Shown in pieces: positions 36,958 to 49,417 of a stretch of DNA of 64,000 nucleotides (its first letter is position 1; each line of letters begins with the position of its first letter). Origin of the DNA: Narcine bancroftii (lineage: Eukaryota); the NCBI RefSeq assembly GCF_036971445.1, contig NC_091475.1:204848001-204912000 (forward strand), in the 5' to 3' direction. Below the pieces are notes generated by a model that had not been told where the DNA came from, made no database searches, and saw only the letters and a list, made by a program, of their open reading frames with translations. The position numbers and the translations under genes are program-made.

Positions 36958-37190
36958 AGGGGGCATGGTTAGCACAGGAGTGAGCCCAAGACTGTCACAG
37001 GATCAGCAACATGAGTAGGAATCTGAAGTTATCTGTTAGGAGTTTGTTTGTTCTCCCCATGTCTGCATAGGCTGTCCCCAGGTGATCTGGTTTCCTCCCA
37101 CCCTTCAACACACACAAGGTTGTAGATTAATTTGGGTGAAATCGGGTGGCACAGGTTTGAAAGGATGGAATCGGTTTCCACTGTGAGGTA
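36958..37190 (+). mobile_element. Degenerate V-SINE
   Basis: GGGGCATGGTTAGC head, GGAGTTTGTTTGTTCTCCCCATGTCTG V-domain. Confidence 0.65.
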
Positions 37191-37489
37191 AATAAATGTA
37201 TATTTTTTTTAAAATATACTCATTTCTGATCCAAGTACTCCTCCTGGTGCCTTTTAAATGGCGTAATTGCATCAAATGTATGCAAGTCAGAGTATGGGGA
37301 ACTGTAAGGTCATGAACTTCAGTAAAAGAAGGATGAAAGGCAGACCATTATCTTGTTGGAGTAAACCTGCAAATTATTGAACTGCAGAGGGATCTCAATG
37401 TTCTTGTGCATGAATCAATATAAAAGATTAGTTTGGACGACAAACGGTGCATTGCCATTTATTACAAAGGAGATGGCGTGGAGAAATAA

Positions 37490-38062
37490 ATTGGGAGTCA
37501 CTATCTCAGAGGATTTTTTTTCAGGACTCAGCATGAAGAAAGCATGTCAGTGTCTTTACTTCCTCAGGAGTTTGCAGAGGTTTGGTGTGACTCCAGAAAC
37601 CCTGGCAAATTTCAAGAGATTTGTGGTGAAAAGTGTGCTGACTGCCTGCATCGTGGTCTGGTATGGGAATACCAATACCCGTGAGTGTAAAACCCTGCAA
37701 AAGGTAATGGGTACAGCCCAGGACATCGCAGACAAAGCCCTCCCCACCATTGAGAACATTTACAGGGAACGCTGCTGTCAGGAAAGTGGTGTAGGTGCCA
37801 CAAGACTCGCACCACCAGCTTCAGGAACAACTGCTATCCTTCCACCATCAGACTCCTCAACACCAAACTCAGAGACTCATTTAAGGACTCTCACTTTTGC
37901 ACTTTATTGATTTTTTTCTCTCTGTGTTGCACTGTCAGTTTGTTTAGATTTCTTTATTTGTTTATATATACACATATCTCAAGTACAAATTTTGCACTAT
38001 TAATAAATGGTAATTCTGCCTGGGCCAAAGGAAAAATAATCTCAGGATTGTATGTGATGTCA
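37490..38062 (+). mobile_element. Rex1/Babar-like LINE 3' end
   Basis: MKKACQCLYFLRSLQRFGVTPETLANF.RFVVKSVLTACIVVWYGN. Confidence 0.8.
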
Positions 38063-38112
38063 GTTTAAATTTTAAATTTAAATATAAGTTTTAAATTTAA
38101 ATTTAAAATTTA

Positions 38113-38345
38113 GACGTACAGCACAGTAATAGGGCCCTTTTGGCCCACGAGCCCATGCCACCCAATTTACACCCAATTAACCTACATCCCTGGTATGTTT
38201 TGAACAGTGGGAGGAAGCTGGAGCCCCCGGGGAAAACCCACACAGACACGGGGATAACATACAAACTCCTTACAGACAGCATAGGATTCGTAGTCTGGTC
38301 CTGGTCACTGCCGCTGTTAAGGCATAGTGCTAACCACTACACTAA
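38113..38345 (-). mobile_element. V-SINE (HE1-like)
   Basis: Near copy of 513-755 with TTTAAA-repeat tail. Confidence 0.85.
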
Positions 38346-38845
38346 CTCTGTATGTACCCTGACAATAAATCTGAAATAAATCTGAGAGGTTTTCAAAATG
38401 GAACAATATAGCACATTGTTCTCTGACAGCTTTTAACCTAATGCGGTCAACATCGAATTTTCTAATTTTAGGAAATCTCCCACTCCACTCCCATCCGATT
38501 CTACTGTTTCTCTATCGTCTTTACCTACACCTACCCCCTCAACTTCCCCTCCCCTTCCTAGCAGTCTCTTCCTCTACCCATTTCTCCACATCTCACACCT
38601 ATCATCTCTTTAACATTTGAAATACAGCAGCTGGCATCTTGAGCAGGTAATGAATTGATGGCAGAGCTCCATACAGACCAACTGATGGATGTCCTTACAG
38701 AGACCGTCAACGTGTCGTTGGAACAGTCCATCATTCCCACAGGTTTACAAACATCTCAGTGCCACACAGGGTGATAGAAACAGATCTCAAAATGACTACT
38801 GCCCAATGGCACTGAACTCAAATATATTTGTCTGCCTACATATTT

Positions 38846-39099
38846 NNNNNNNNNNNNNNNNNNNNNNNNNNNNNNNNNNNNNNNNNNNNNNNNNNNNNNN
38901 NNNNNNNNNNNNNNNNNNNNNNNNNNNNNNNNNNNNNNNNNNNNNNNNNNNNNNNNNNNNNNNNNNNNNNNNNNNNNNNNNNNNNNNNNNNNNNNNNNNN
39001 NNNNNNNNNNNNNNNNNNNNNNNNNNNNNNNNNNNNNNNNNNNNNNNNNNNNNNNNNNNNNNNNNNNNNNNNNNNNNNNNNNNNNNNNNNNNNNNNNNN
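38846..39099. other. Assembly gap or masked run
   Basis: Run of N. Confidence 0.99.
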
Positions 39100-39904
39100 G
39101 TGAGCAAACATTCTAGATTATAATTCCCTCTGGTCATGATCAATGAGCCAATTTATGTAACCCCAGCTTGCTATAAAATGAAGAGATGATTCAGGTTCTA
39201 GCAATACTTGTTAGATGAATTGCAAAAAAATCTTTCAAGATATCCTGCTTCTGGCATTTCAATTAAATTGTATCATTGAAATAAATCCGGATATGTTTAT
39301 GTAAGAGGCCTAAAAGCTCTTCATGCCTTGTTGATTTTGTTTGGTGTTAATTTCCTGACTAAAGACGTCGCACTAATTGAGGTTACGCAGCCAAGGCAGT
39401 GGATCACAGACTCAGCCGAGACCCTGATTTCCCATGTTATCAGGTTATTTGGTTAAAGTTAAGAGTGATTTCAAAGAAGGGGGAAAAATTTTTTTAGCCC
39501 AACACCATCACTTAAATCTACCTACTCTAATTTGATGTGAAAAATATACAAAGCCACTTCACAAGGCAAATATTCCACTGCTTGTAGCAAATATCAATCA
39601 CAGAACACATCCTCATCAGTTTGGTCATCGTGGGAGCTTGCTTCCATGAAATCACTGCCTCTGTTCCGACTTTGTGAATGCCATGACTCTCTTGAATATT
39701 TGTCATTAATCAAGGGCTTGGCAATATGCTGGAAGGCACATATTTTACATGCAAACACACAAATTAGGTACAAGAGTAGAAGCAGGTAAAAGGTACAGAA
39801 TGCCAGCCTATCTAACAACCTCAGGTCAGCAAACTGGCCAGCCTGGGCAAATTGGGCCAAAGGGCTTGTTTCCATGCTCTATTGTTGCAGATGCCTCTAC
39901 AACT

Positions 39905-40280
39905 AATATTCTACTAATCACTCTCCAACCAGGTGACATAAGCATCGACTTCTCCAGTTTCTGCTAGACTACGCTCCATTCACCCTCTCCCCACCCCCAC
40001 CAATTCCTCTGTGTCCTTTCCTTCAGTTCTCTACTCCCTTCCCTCTCCATTCACAGAGCCACTCCACTCCCTTTCCCTTTGTTTGCTGGTGTGCCCTCCC
40101 TCCCTTATTCACCTATTAGCTCCTGCCTGTGGGACTGTGCTCCTCTCCCTGCCCCCTTCCCCCCCAACCATTTTGTTCAGACTCCTGTCTACATTTTGCT
40201 CACACCTTGATGAAGGGCTCAACCCCAAAACGGAGTCTTTATCTTTGTTGTATAAAGGGCGTTGTTTGATCTTCTGAGTT
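39905..40280 (+). mobile_element. Penelope-like 3' remnant
   Basis: LQPGDISIDFSSF, then CCTTGATGAAGGGCTCAACCCCAAAAC. Confidence 0.75.
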
Positions 40281-40749
40281 TCCATGCAATATTAATCTAT
40301 AGCCTCTTTTACACAGAGATCCCACAATACTGGTGTAAAGAAGATCCGTCATTAAGCCAGCTTGCTTTTTCACATTGAACCAAACAATGCTGGCATAATG
40401 CATTTCAGCGCTGTGACTACTTCCGCTGCCAGCTTAAAGGCATGACTACAATGACCGCCACCCCCATTCCATGTGCACACTTTCTACACAGAGCAGCATG
40501 CTGCAACAAACGCACAACATTCCCGCCTTGAAGATGCTGTATAAAAGAGCCTTCTGGCTCCAAGGAGAGCAATGCCCTGTACATTGAACCAGTCTTAAAT
40601 ACATGATATAATGGAAAAAAAATCCCAATTCCACATGCAAAATGTTGATTACTATTTTCTTTCTTTCCTAATGATTTCCTGTACCTCAATCTTAATGCTC
40701 GTGGCAGCAAGGAACTTGCCACCCAACCCAGTGCGATCTGATTTAATGG

Positions 40750-40940
40750 ATATAACAGGCCCTTCCGAGTTCTTGCCACCCAAATACAGTCTCCTGCACA
40801 TTTTTGAAGGGTGGGAAGAAAACAGAAGACTCAGCGGAAACCCACGCAGGCCCAGGGAGAACGTACATACTCCTTACAGACAGCGTTGGATTCGAACCCA
40901 AGTCACTGGCGCTGTAACAAAGTCGCGCTAACCATGCCAT
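40750..40940 (-). mobile_element. V-SINE
   Basis: Reverse of GGCATGGTTAGCGCG...GGGTTCGAATCC...GGAGTATGTACGTTCTCCC. Confidence 0.8.
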
Positions 40941-42614
40941 TCCAGATTTAAATAATTTTTGAGATGGAGAAATGGGCTTATCTTCTACGTTGGCCAAAGA
41001 GGTGGGTTCTAAGAAAGACATTGAGGCAGTAAAATCCATTTGCTATGTCTGCAGAATGGTGGTTCTTGCATTTCAAACGTGCGATCTGTCGAGAACATTT
41101 AAAGTCTAAAGGCAAATGAAATTATTGTTCTGGTGGCTGTTGTCTCCGTGGACTTTAGTAGGGCGTTTGACAAGGTCCCACATGGGAGGTTAGTCAGGAA
41201 TTGGATTTGATAATGACTTTATGGGAAAAGCTAAAGGGAGATTGTGGTCGATTGTCTCCCTGGCTGGAGGCCTGTGATGAGGCTCAGGGATCCCTGTTGG
41301 GTCCATTGTTGTTTATCCTCTCTATCAATGATTGAGATCAGCTTTTCTCCATGGGGGGGCTTCCTGTCCATGGGGGGGTGGGGGGTGGGGCATAGCACAT
41401 TTATGTAAAAGCCTTTTTTTTTCACCTAGTTACAACCCCAAAGGACTCCAAACCCAACAGCAATGCAAATAGTTACTGAAACAAAAGTTGTTTTTAATTA
41501 CTTTAAACATGAAAAATAAATCAAACTTTAACTTATCTCTATTAACCTAACTAACCCAAATTGACCCCCCTTCCAATTCTAAGCACACTTAGGTGGAAAT
41601 TTAAGAAAAATTCTTTGGTTCATAGTTCAATCTCACGTCTCATTCTTCCAAGTTCACTGATTGCAGGCAATTCGTATACTTCTGCCAAATTGAGGATCCC
41701 CGCTATATCTTCCACCGAGCTTTGCATTCTGTGAGATCACCCGCAACTGAGTGGTTATTGTGGGAAACAGTGAAGGATATGCCACTCTGGTCTCTCTGTT
41801 GGATGAGGCCGCTCAATGAGAAGGCATTGTGTGAGTTCATTGTTGGTGGGTGCACTCTGCTGCCATCCGAATTTGATGACAACACTGTCAAACCAAGATC
41901 ATGCGTAAATTGGAGAATCCACATCTAATATTCGGGCTAGACACTAACCAGAAGACCTGTCTCTTCTGTAACTATGGTCCAGTCTCTGAAAATCAAAGTA
42001 TTGTGGTGTGGCGGTTGTGCTCATTTGCCATCATTTTGAAAAAAACCAGACCACACCTAAAGTTGTCAGCCAGCGAAGAGAGAACCACTTATTATGGTGT
42101 TATCAGGCTTACATATAACATGTGACCTGTCATCAAGATATTTGAAGTGCTAATGACCTCATGACATAGCTACGTTGAGTAGGCCAAGGCTTCTCAGTAA
42201 ACCTACTGGTGCTGCTGAGTCACTCTGCCTCATGGCTGAAGTGGCTCATTGCCAGTAGATAGGAGGCTGGGTGACTAGCTGTCACAAGACAGGAGCTGTT
42301 AGCACTGGTTCTGCCCATGCTCTCCAAGCGTACCGCGACAGTGGCACTGTTTTTTATAAATATACATTTTAAGTAGTAGTGTGTAATTGGAGATGTGTGC
42401 GTAAGAGAGATAGTTTAATTTTGTGATACTTCACTGTCCTGTGGTGGCTAAGGCCCAAGATGGCGGCACTCCAGTAGCTCACAGAGACCTCTTCGGGACC
42501 TGGTGCTTCAGTTCCTATGCTGTTTGCAGTTGTCATGTAGCATCGTGGGTTCGGGGAAAAGTTGTCTCATTTTTTTCTTAAAGCGACAAATAAAGCCTAC
42601 TACTACTACAAATG

Positions 42615-42985
42615 GACGGTATTAACATCACCTTCTCGGGCTTCTGCTAGCCCACCCCACATTCTCCTTCACTTCGCCATCCCACTGTCTTCTTTCCTCC
42701 AGCTCTCCACCCCCTTCCCCCTCCATTCACAGTGCCATCCCCCTCCCCTTGTTTCACAGTGTACCCTTCCCTCCCTTATCCACCTTCAGCCGGTGGGCCT
42801 GCGCTCCTCCCCCTGCTCCTCCCACGACCATATTGTTCAGGTGACTGCCTACATTTTGATCTTACCTTACGAAAAGGCTCAGGCCTGTAACATTGGTTAT
42901 GTATCTATCTTGGATATAGAAATGCACTGCGTGACTTGCAGAGTTTATCCAGCGCTGTGCTTTTACTTCATCACGGTTCATGCAG
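42615..42985 (+). mobile_element. Penelope-like 3' remnant
   Basis: GGACGGTATTAACATCACCTTCTC, pyrimidine-rich UTR, degenerate hammerhead AAGGCTCAGGCCTGTAAC. Confidence 0.7.
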
Positions 42986-43118
42986 ACAATGTTTTACTGC
43001 TATCATCCGATCCCATTCGTGGTGTCCTTAAACCATTGCACTCTTCATGATGAAGGTGCTCCTCTGATAATAATGGTCGTGATAATAAGTTTACTGTCAG
43101 CAACGTTGTACAAGAAAA

Positions 43119-43711
43119 TGTTACGAGCCCAGAGGACCCCAAAACCACAAGCAATAGATATTCACCAAGACAAATGGTGACTTAAACAAAAGTTTAATCT
43201 TTAAACATGAAAACAGAATCACACTTTAACTTAACTAACCTAACTTAACCCCCTTCTAATTCTAAGCGCACGTGTATGTAATGTGTGCGTAAGTTCAGAA
43301 AAGTTATTTGTTTCACAGTCCCATCTCACTTCTCATTTTTCCAAGTTCAATGGTTACAAGCAATACTTATACTGTGCACAGAATTTAACGTGTATAAAGT
43401 TCACCAAGCTTTTGTGCTCAAAAGGTAAATGTTTATTGCTCAGGAAGGTTCTTTGGAGGTTTGAAGACAGAGATTTTTCGTTCCAGAATTTCCACAACTG
43501 AGGTACCACCATTAGTTACCTCAATGTCTTACTGATGAAACTTGCCCCATCAGGGTTCTCCAGGTGATAACCTTTTTCTTTCAGGCTACTACAGAGTTCC
43601 TTTCTGTTTCACTTATTCCAAGAGAAACATCAGACAGATAGCACTTCCACCCATCCGTCACTCTGGAACTTTCTATTTCAGTTCCAACAAGCTTTTCCTG
43701 TTGTGACTGTT

Positions 43712-43785
<74 letters not shown>

Positions 43786-44163
43786 ATCTCCAAGTGCTAG
43801 AAAGCCCATGTGACCCTCTCACTTGCCACAAAATCCCCACCTTCTCCACAATAGGAGTTAGTCTTTTGCTCCCATCTTTTGTCTTAGGTAAACAAAACTT
43901 CTTATTGACCTTTGAATGTGCAACTTGCAGAAAGGTCAGAAGCCTTGTAAAAATGTTCAACACAGATGACCAGTTTCCAATCTATTCATTTGATGACATC
44001 ATTTCAATTAGCACCTACTTGTGGAATGTGCATAGCATTCTCCATAGTTTCCATAAAGTTCACTGAATATGAATTCTCTAGTATTTCAAATAAGATCTGT
44101 TTTAAAATGTGTGTATGTACGTAACTTACTCTAATTTTACTAATTTTTCTCCCAAATATTACA
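43119..44163 (-). repeat. ~1 kb solo LTR (family A) with internal (TC)n at ~43714-43782
   Basis: TGTTACGAGCCCAGAGGACCCC...ATTACA; colinear with other copies. Confidence 0.75.
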
Positions 44164-44333
44164 ACCTCATGCAACATAAATATTTTTAATGTTTTTCTTT
44201 ATGTAGTCAGTAGGAGATAAGTATGGAAGAAACCAGAACTTGGAGCTGCTTCACAGGGAAGGGGGCCCACAAATGTTGAACAGAGTCCTAAGAGGGCCAT
44301 AGCATACAAAAAACTTTGAGAATGGCTGATATA

Positions 44334-44754
44334 CAGTACAACTCCGATTATCCAAAATCAGATTCTCCGAAATCCTCATTTATCCGAAAACTTTTTAAAA
44401 CTTCCGGATAAATGAGGATATCCGAAACAAATCGTAAGTCCTCATTTATTCAAGAGTTTTTCAGAGCTGAACTTATCGGGAATATCGGGCTGCCAGCGGC
44501 AGCAGGAACTTCAGGATCCGGGCAGGAGTGGTCACTCAGTGGGGAGGTGTTGTAATTAGCAGCGCCCAGCTTTTATTTGATGCGAATTAACCGTTATTTT
44601 AATGCTTAAAAAGCCTTCCTTGTTGTTTAAACACTATTTCAGGTGAATTGCTGTTACTACTGGGCTGTTTTGAAAAAATGACCAGTTCTCCAAATAAGCG
44701 ATTTACCTGACATGGGCCCGGACCCGACCATTTTGGATAATCAAAGTTGTAGTC
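44334..44754. mobile_element. Tc1/mariner (Tigger/pogo-like) MITE
   Basis: TIRs CAGTACAACTCCGATTATCCAAAAT / ATTTTGGATAATCAAAGTTGTAGTC flanked by TA. Confidence 0.8.
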
Positions 44755-45002
44755 TAGATGATAATGTGGTAAATTGGATCAGCAAATTTGTTGATGACAC
44801 AAAGCTCGGTAGTACAGTGGACAGTGAGGAAAGCCTTAAAGATTTGCAGAGAGATCTGGACCCATTTGAAAAACTGGCTGCAAAAATGGCAGATGGAATT
44901 TAATGGAGACAAGTGTGAGGTGAAACATGATTGTCTACAGATGCTGTGATTGTTGCCAGAGGAAGTAAAGATATATAACTGACATTTCTGGCCTAAGCCC
45001 TT

Positions 45003-45641
45003 TGTGGTGGAACACTGCCTTACAGTCAATGTACTGGTTGTTCCACCCTGATACTGTAACTCCTCCCCCTCCAGAATTCCTAATAAAGGTGGTATCGTTC
45101 AGTCCCCTCCCTCATACAGATACACGATCCTTTATCCGGAACCCTTGGGGGACAGTGTGTTCCAAATTTTGGATTTTTCCAGATTTTGGAAAGCCAGATT
45201 TAAGCCCACCCAAATTATGCTGCCGGTCTCCCCCCACCCACCCTCGCCCGGCTGACTTGCGTTGCCGTTCTCCCCCGCCTTGCCTGCCTGACTCACACTG
45301 CCGTTCTCCACCCCCCTCGCTCACCCGAGTCACACTGCCGATCTCCCCCCCCCCCCCCCGACTCGCGCTGCCAGTCTCTCTCCCTCATCCCCGCCGACTC
45401 GTGCTGCAGGTCTCTCCCCCTTGCCCACCACCCCCCCCCCCCGACTTTTGCTGCCGTCTCTCTCTCTCCCCACTTGCTAGATTTTGGAGCTTTCCAGATT
45501 TTAGATGTCCGGATAAAGGATAGTGTGCAATACTGCCTTGGAATTGGGTCAAGAGCATGTAAGATATGCCTGTAAATTTATAGCGATCAAAGCCTATTAA
45601 TCTTGACTTATAGACCGTAAGGCCTAATTGATACCGCTGCA
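45003..45641 (+). repeat. Solo LTR of the element-1 family, split by a MITE
   Basis: 45003-45116 plus 45531-45641 rebuild the LTR; perfect 5-bp TSD CCCTT. Confidence 0.9.
45117..45530. mobile_element. Tc1/mariner-type MITE with internal minisatellite
   Basis: TIR ACACGATCCTTTATCCGGA / TCCGGATAAAGGATAGTGT, TA duplication, ~35-bp GACTCGCGCTGCCGGTCTCCCC-like tandem units. Confidence 0.85.
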
Positions 45642-46061
45642 CCCTTTTTCAAAGTATGTCTTACATTTTGGAAAGTCAAATCAAAGAAGGGCATACACAG
45701 TCAATGGTGGGGCACTAATGAGTGTGGTACAACAAAGGGATTTAAGAATAGAGACACAATTCCCTGAAAGTGGTGTCTGAGATAGATAGGAAAGTAAAGT
45801 GAGCCTTTGACACATTGGCCTTCATAAATCATTGAGTATAGAAGTTATGATGTTATGGTGAATTTGTATGTGATATTGGTTAAGCAAATTTGGAGTACTG
45901 CATGTAGTTTTGGACATCTAACGCTAAGAAAGGTATCAATAAAATTGAAAGAGTGCAAAGATTTACCAGGATGTTGGTGGGACCTGAGGAACTAAGTTAC
46001 AGGGAAATATAAAATAGGTTAGAACTTTATTCCCTGGAGGGTAGAAGAATAAGGAGGTGAT

Positions 46062-46907
46062 TCATGATTCAAGATTCAATTTATTGTCATAGGAATAAAA
46101 CAGGGTCATATTACATGAAATTTCTTTTTGCCTGCTGCAAGGCAGACAGATTCGCCACAGGCAGGAATTGTGTAAGCTCCTCTTATAGACTTAGTCAGAG
46201 AGAGAAAAGCAAAAGAGATTCCCTTGAGTCACCTCCATAGATTTGCCCCCAGTGCTTCCACAGCCCCTGATACCACACAGAGTCCAGTGCAAACCACTGG
46301 CAAACCAAGCTCCAGATTGGAACCTCCCACACAGTCAGGAACCCTTCAGTGCCCTCGGCATCTCCTTGCATCCCAGTTCTGATACATCATACCCTTCCAG
46401 TCAGTTTGAGCCAGTCTCCTGCAGTCTGCTTGAGTCGGCTTGAGTCTCCTGACAGCAGTGTCCAGCAACCCACAGCTTCCGCGGGTTCCTTGCCTCAAGT
46501 CGCCAGTAGCCCGCCACATGCACAGGCTCCTCATCCGCAGAGCCCCCTCACTGGTATGCTGCCATGGTCACTGTCCCTGTGGATTGTCTCCTCCGCTTCC
46601 CCTGTCAGGCGGTGTGTGATCGTCCCATTCTCTGGGGTCCTGCTCCAGTCTCTCTGCTTCCCTGGTGTCTGCAGCCTCTCGTGGCCGCTGCCGATTAATA
46701 GGCGTTGCCATCTTGAGCGCAGACCTACGGTCACAGGATTTCAATTAAAACCACCGTCGGCTCCATCAAAGCCTGGCAGAGCCGATGGCAGTCGACTGGG
46801 CTGCTGGACCCCAAGGGAGCACTGCATCTCCGCTTCCCCTTTCCCTCCGGTTCTGCACCAGGGGCAGTGCTGCCGCTACAGCTGCTCCGACAGCGCTGCC
46901 ATCTTGA
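46062..46907 (-). mobile_element. Family B non-coding retroelement, near-complete copy
   Basis: Minus strand starts CAAGATGGCAGCG and ends TGACAATAAATTGAATCTTGAATCATGAA; interrupts CR1. Confidence 0.65.
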
Positions 46908-48064
46908 CCTTCCATGAAACTAAAGAGCTATACAAAATTAGATAGAGTAAATGCAAGTAGGATTTTCCACTGAGGGTAGGTGAGATGCAAACCAGAGGAC
47001 CTGGGCTAAGGGAGAAAGCAAAAAAGTTTAGGGGGGAACATGAGGAGGAATTTTTTTCACACAGAGAGTGGTGAGAGTGGGGATTGAGCTGCCAGCTGAC
47101 GTGGTGAATGCTGGCTCAATCTTAACATTGAAGAAAAATTTAGGCTAGTGTATGGATGGCTATGGACTGAATGCAGGCCAGTGGGAGTAGGCAGGATAAT
47201 AGTTTGGCACAGACAGGACAGGCCAAAGAGCTTGTAGCGTTCTATGGCTCTATGGTTCCATTATTATGAAATTAAATCTTTGCAGTAACATCAACTTGTG
47301 ATTAGAAAGGATCAAGGAAAAAGTGCCCTGGTTTGCTTCCTCTAAAATTACCATTTGAAATATTAATGTCAAAGATAATGTTTTCCCTAAATGCTGTGCA
47401 AATATTTAATAAGGTTTAATTGAAAAATGAACTCTTTACATGTTGGGACAGTTCCATAGAGACACATCATTTCGCTGATAGAGTGAAAGTGGGAACACAG
47501 CTCTGGAAAAAATACAGGCTTGACTATATCAATTTGCCTCTATGCAGCAGGGGTAGTCCCTCTGGGAGTACTGAGCAGAATTGAATGAAGCAGAGAAGTC
47601 GGGGGGGGGGGGTGGAAAAAAAAGAGGAAGGAAGAGAGAAGAAATTATGAAAGAGAGGGAAAGATAGAGGGCAAATGTGAGAAAATGGAGAGAGAGAGAG
47701 AAAGAAAGACAAACAGAATATAGAACATAGAAGCCCAGTGCAGGCCCTTCAAAGCACAATGTTATGTTGATTTATGTAAACCTACTCACTACAATCCAAT
47801 CTTTCCCTGCCTCACACCCATAACCCTCGATATTTCTTGCATCCATGTGCCTGCCTGAGTCTTTTAAATGTCCCTATTGTACCAGCCTCCACCACCACAG
47901 ACAGCATAGCATTTCAGACACCCATCCCTCTCTGGGTAAAAGAATCCTTACCCCTGACATCTCCCCTCAACTTTCCTCCCTTTACCTTATACAGATGTTT
48001 TTTTTTCTTTTATTATTTGCTACTGTGGCCCCTGAAAATATATGTGCTGGCTGTCCACCTTATC

Positions 48065-48620
48065 TGTGCTGACTGGCTGCATGACAGCCTGGTATGCAAG
48101 GGGGGGGGGGGGGGGGGGGGCAGCAGTACGTCGGAGCAGAAAGCCCTGCAAAAAGGTAGTGGACACAGCCCAGCACATCACGGGCAAAAACTCTCCCCAG
48201 CATCGAGAACATCTACAGGGAACACTACCATCAGAGGGCAGCAGTGATCATCAGGGATTCACGCCGCCCAGGACTCGCTCAGTTCTCGCTGCTGCCATCA
48301 GGAAAGAGGTGTAGGCACCACGAGACTCGCACCCACCAGGTTCAGGAACAGCTGCTCCCCCTCCACCATCACACTCCTCCACGACAAACTCAATTAGAGA
48401 CTCATTTAAAGACCCTCACTTTGCTCATTATATATTATGGCTATTTATTTTCTGTATAACATAGTTAATTTCCATTTTGTTCTTTGCGTACATTTCTCTC
48501 TTTGTATACATATCTTTTCTCAAATAGAGTTTATTTTACTACCAATAAGTAGAAAATCTGCCTGGCCTGCAGGGAAAGGAATCTCGGGGTTGCATGTGGT
48601 GTCATGTCTCTATTCTGAAC
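48065..48620 (+). mobile_element. Rex1/Babar-like LINE 3' end
   Basis: LTGCMTAWY, KVVDTAQHITG, FSLLPSGKR. Confidence 0.75.
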
Positions 48621-49147
48621 TAACAGGTGTAGGAAATTCTCTTTGTTGTTCAATCTCTTTTATTAAATATATTAGAAAATAATACATGAAGAAGAATTAA
48701 AACAGAAACATTGCAATACTTAATACAACATAGAGCATTATAATATAATAAATAATATTATCCCTTTCTCCTTAATTTGTAATATTCAAAAAAGAGATTT
48801 TTTAAAAATTAAAACCCCATCTAAACCTACCAAAATAAACAAAAAAAAGAGAACAACAAAAGAGGAAAAGAAAAGGCTAGGGAGCCTAAACTAAGAGTTA
48901 ACTCCAACAGATCAATACAAACATTTTATCTGGTCCTTGTCAATAATAAAGCAAGAGAAATCCAGAACAGTCTGGAAGGTAAAGTCAAAATACAGATGAA
49001 TTCATACGAAAATAGTTTATAAAAGGAGGCCAAGTCTCTTCATACTTAACGGAGGTATCAAAAGTGCAGCATCTAATTTTTTTTTCTAAACGTAAGCATG
49101 ACATAACTTGACAGAGCTATTACATCAAAGTAGGTGAATTAGGATCC

Positions 49148-49417
49148 TGTGGCAGCGCGCACTCTCATGGCGAACCGGCCCTGCGTGCAACGCCACGTGG
49201 TGGGGCAGCCATGGGAAGATGGCGCTGTCAGGGTTTCTCCCTGCCTCAAGTCTCCTGCCCAGCGCGTGCCTGGGGTGGCAAGTATGAAGTCACCATGCAC
49301 GAGGTGAACTGAGCTCTTGCTGCCCTTAAAGGGGCCCGCGCTGAATTTGAATAAAAGCAGTTGTTAAGGACTTTCAATGTGGTGGCTGAGTCTTTCTTGG
49401 CAGTGTCCAGCACTACA
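49148..49417 (+). repeat. Solo LTR inserted in L1
   Basis: TGTGG...ACTACA, TTAAAGG and AATAAA signals, 4-bp TSD ATCC/ATCT, L1 reading frame resumes on both sides. Confidence 0.75.

Larger units (their letters stand above)
44755..47255 (+). mobile_element. CR1 RT-to-3' fragment carrying nested insertions
   Basis: LDDNVVNWISKFVDDTKLG (44755-44925) continues at 45660-46060 and 46925-47255. Confidence 0.8.

Noticed and set aside
41685-42350. Possible host exon or gene fragment
   Set aside because: No consistent frame, splice pattern or recognisable motif; probably an old repeat I cannot classify.
45218-45470. CRISPR-like array
   Set aside because: Degenerate tandem units without unique constant-length spacers, no cas genes, eukaryotic context.
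45002-45523. 173-aa proline-rich ORF
   Set aside because: Read-through from an LTR into a MITE minisatellite; no coding signal.
46349-46945. 198-aa ORF
   Set aside because: Antisense to a family B repeat; no recognisable domain and not evidently preserved in other copies.
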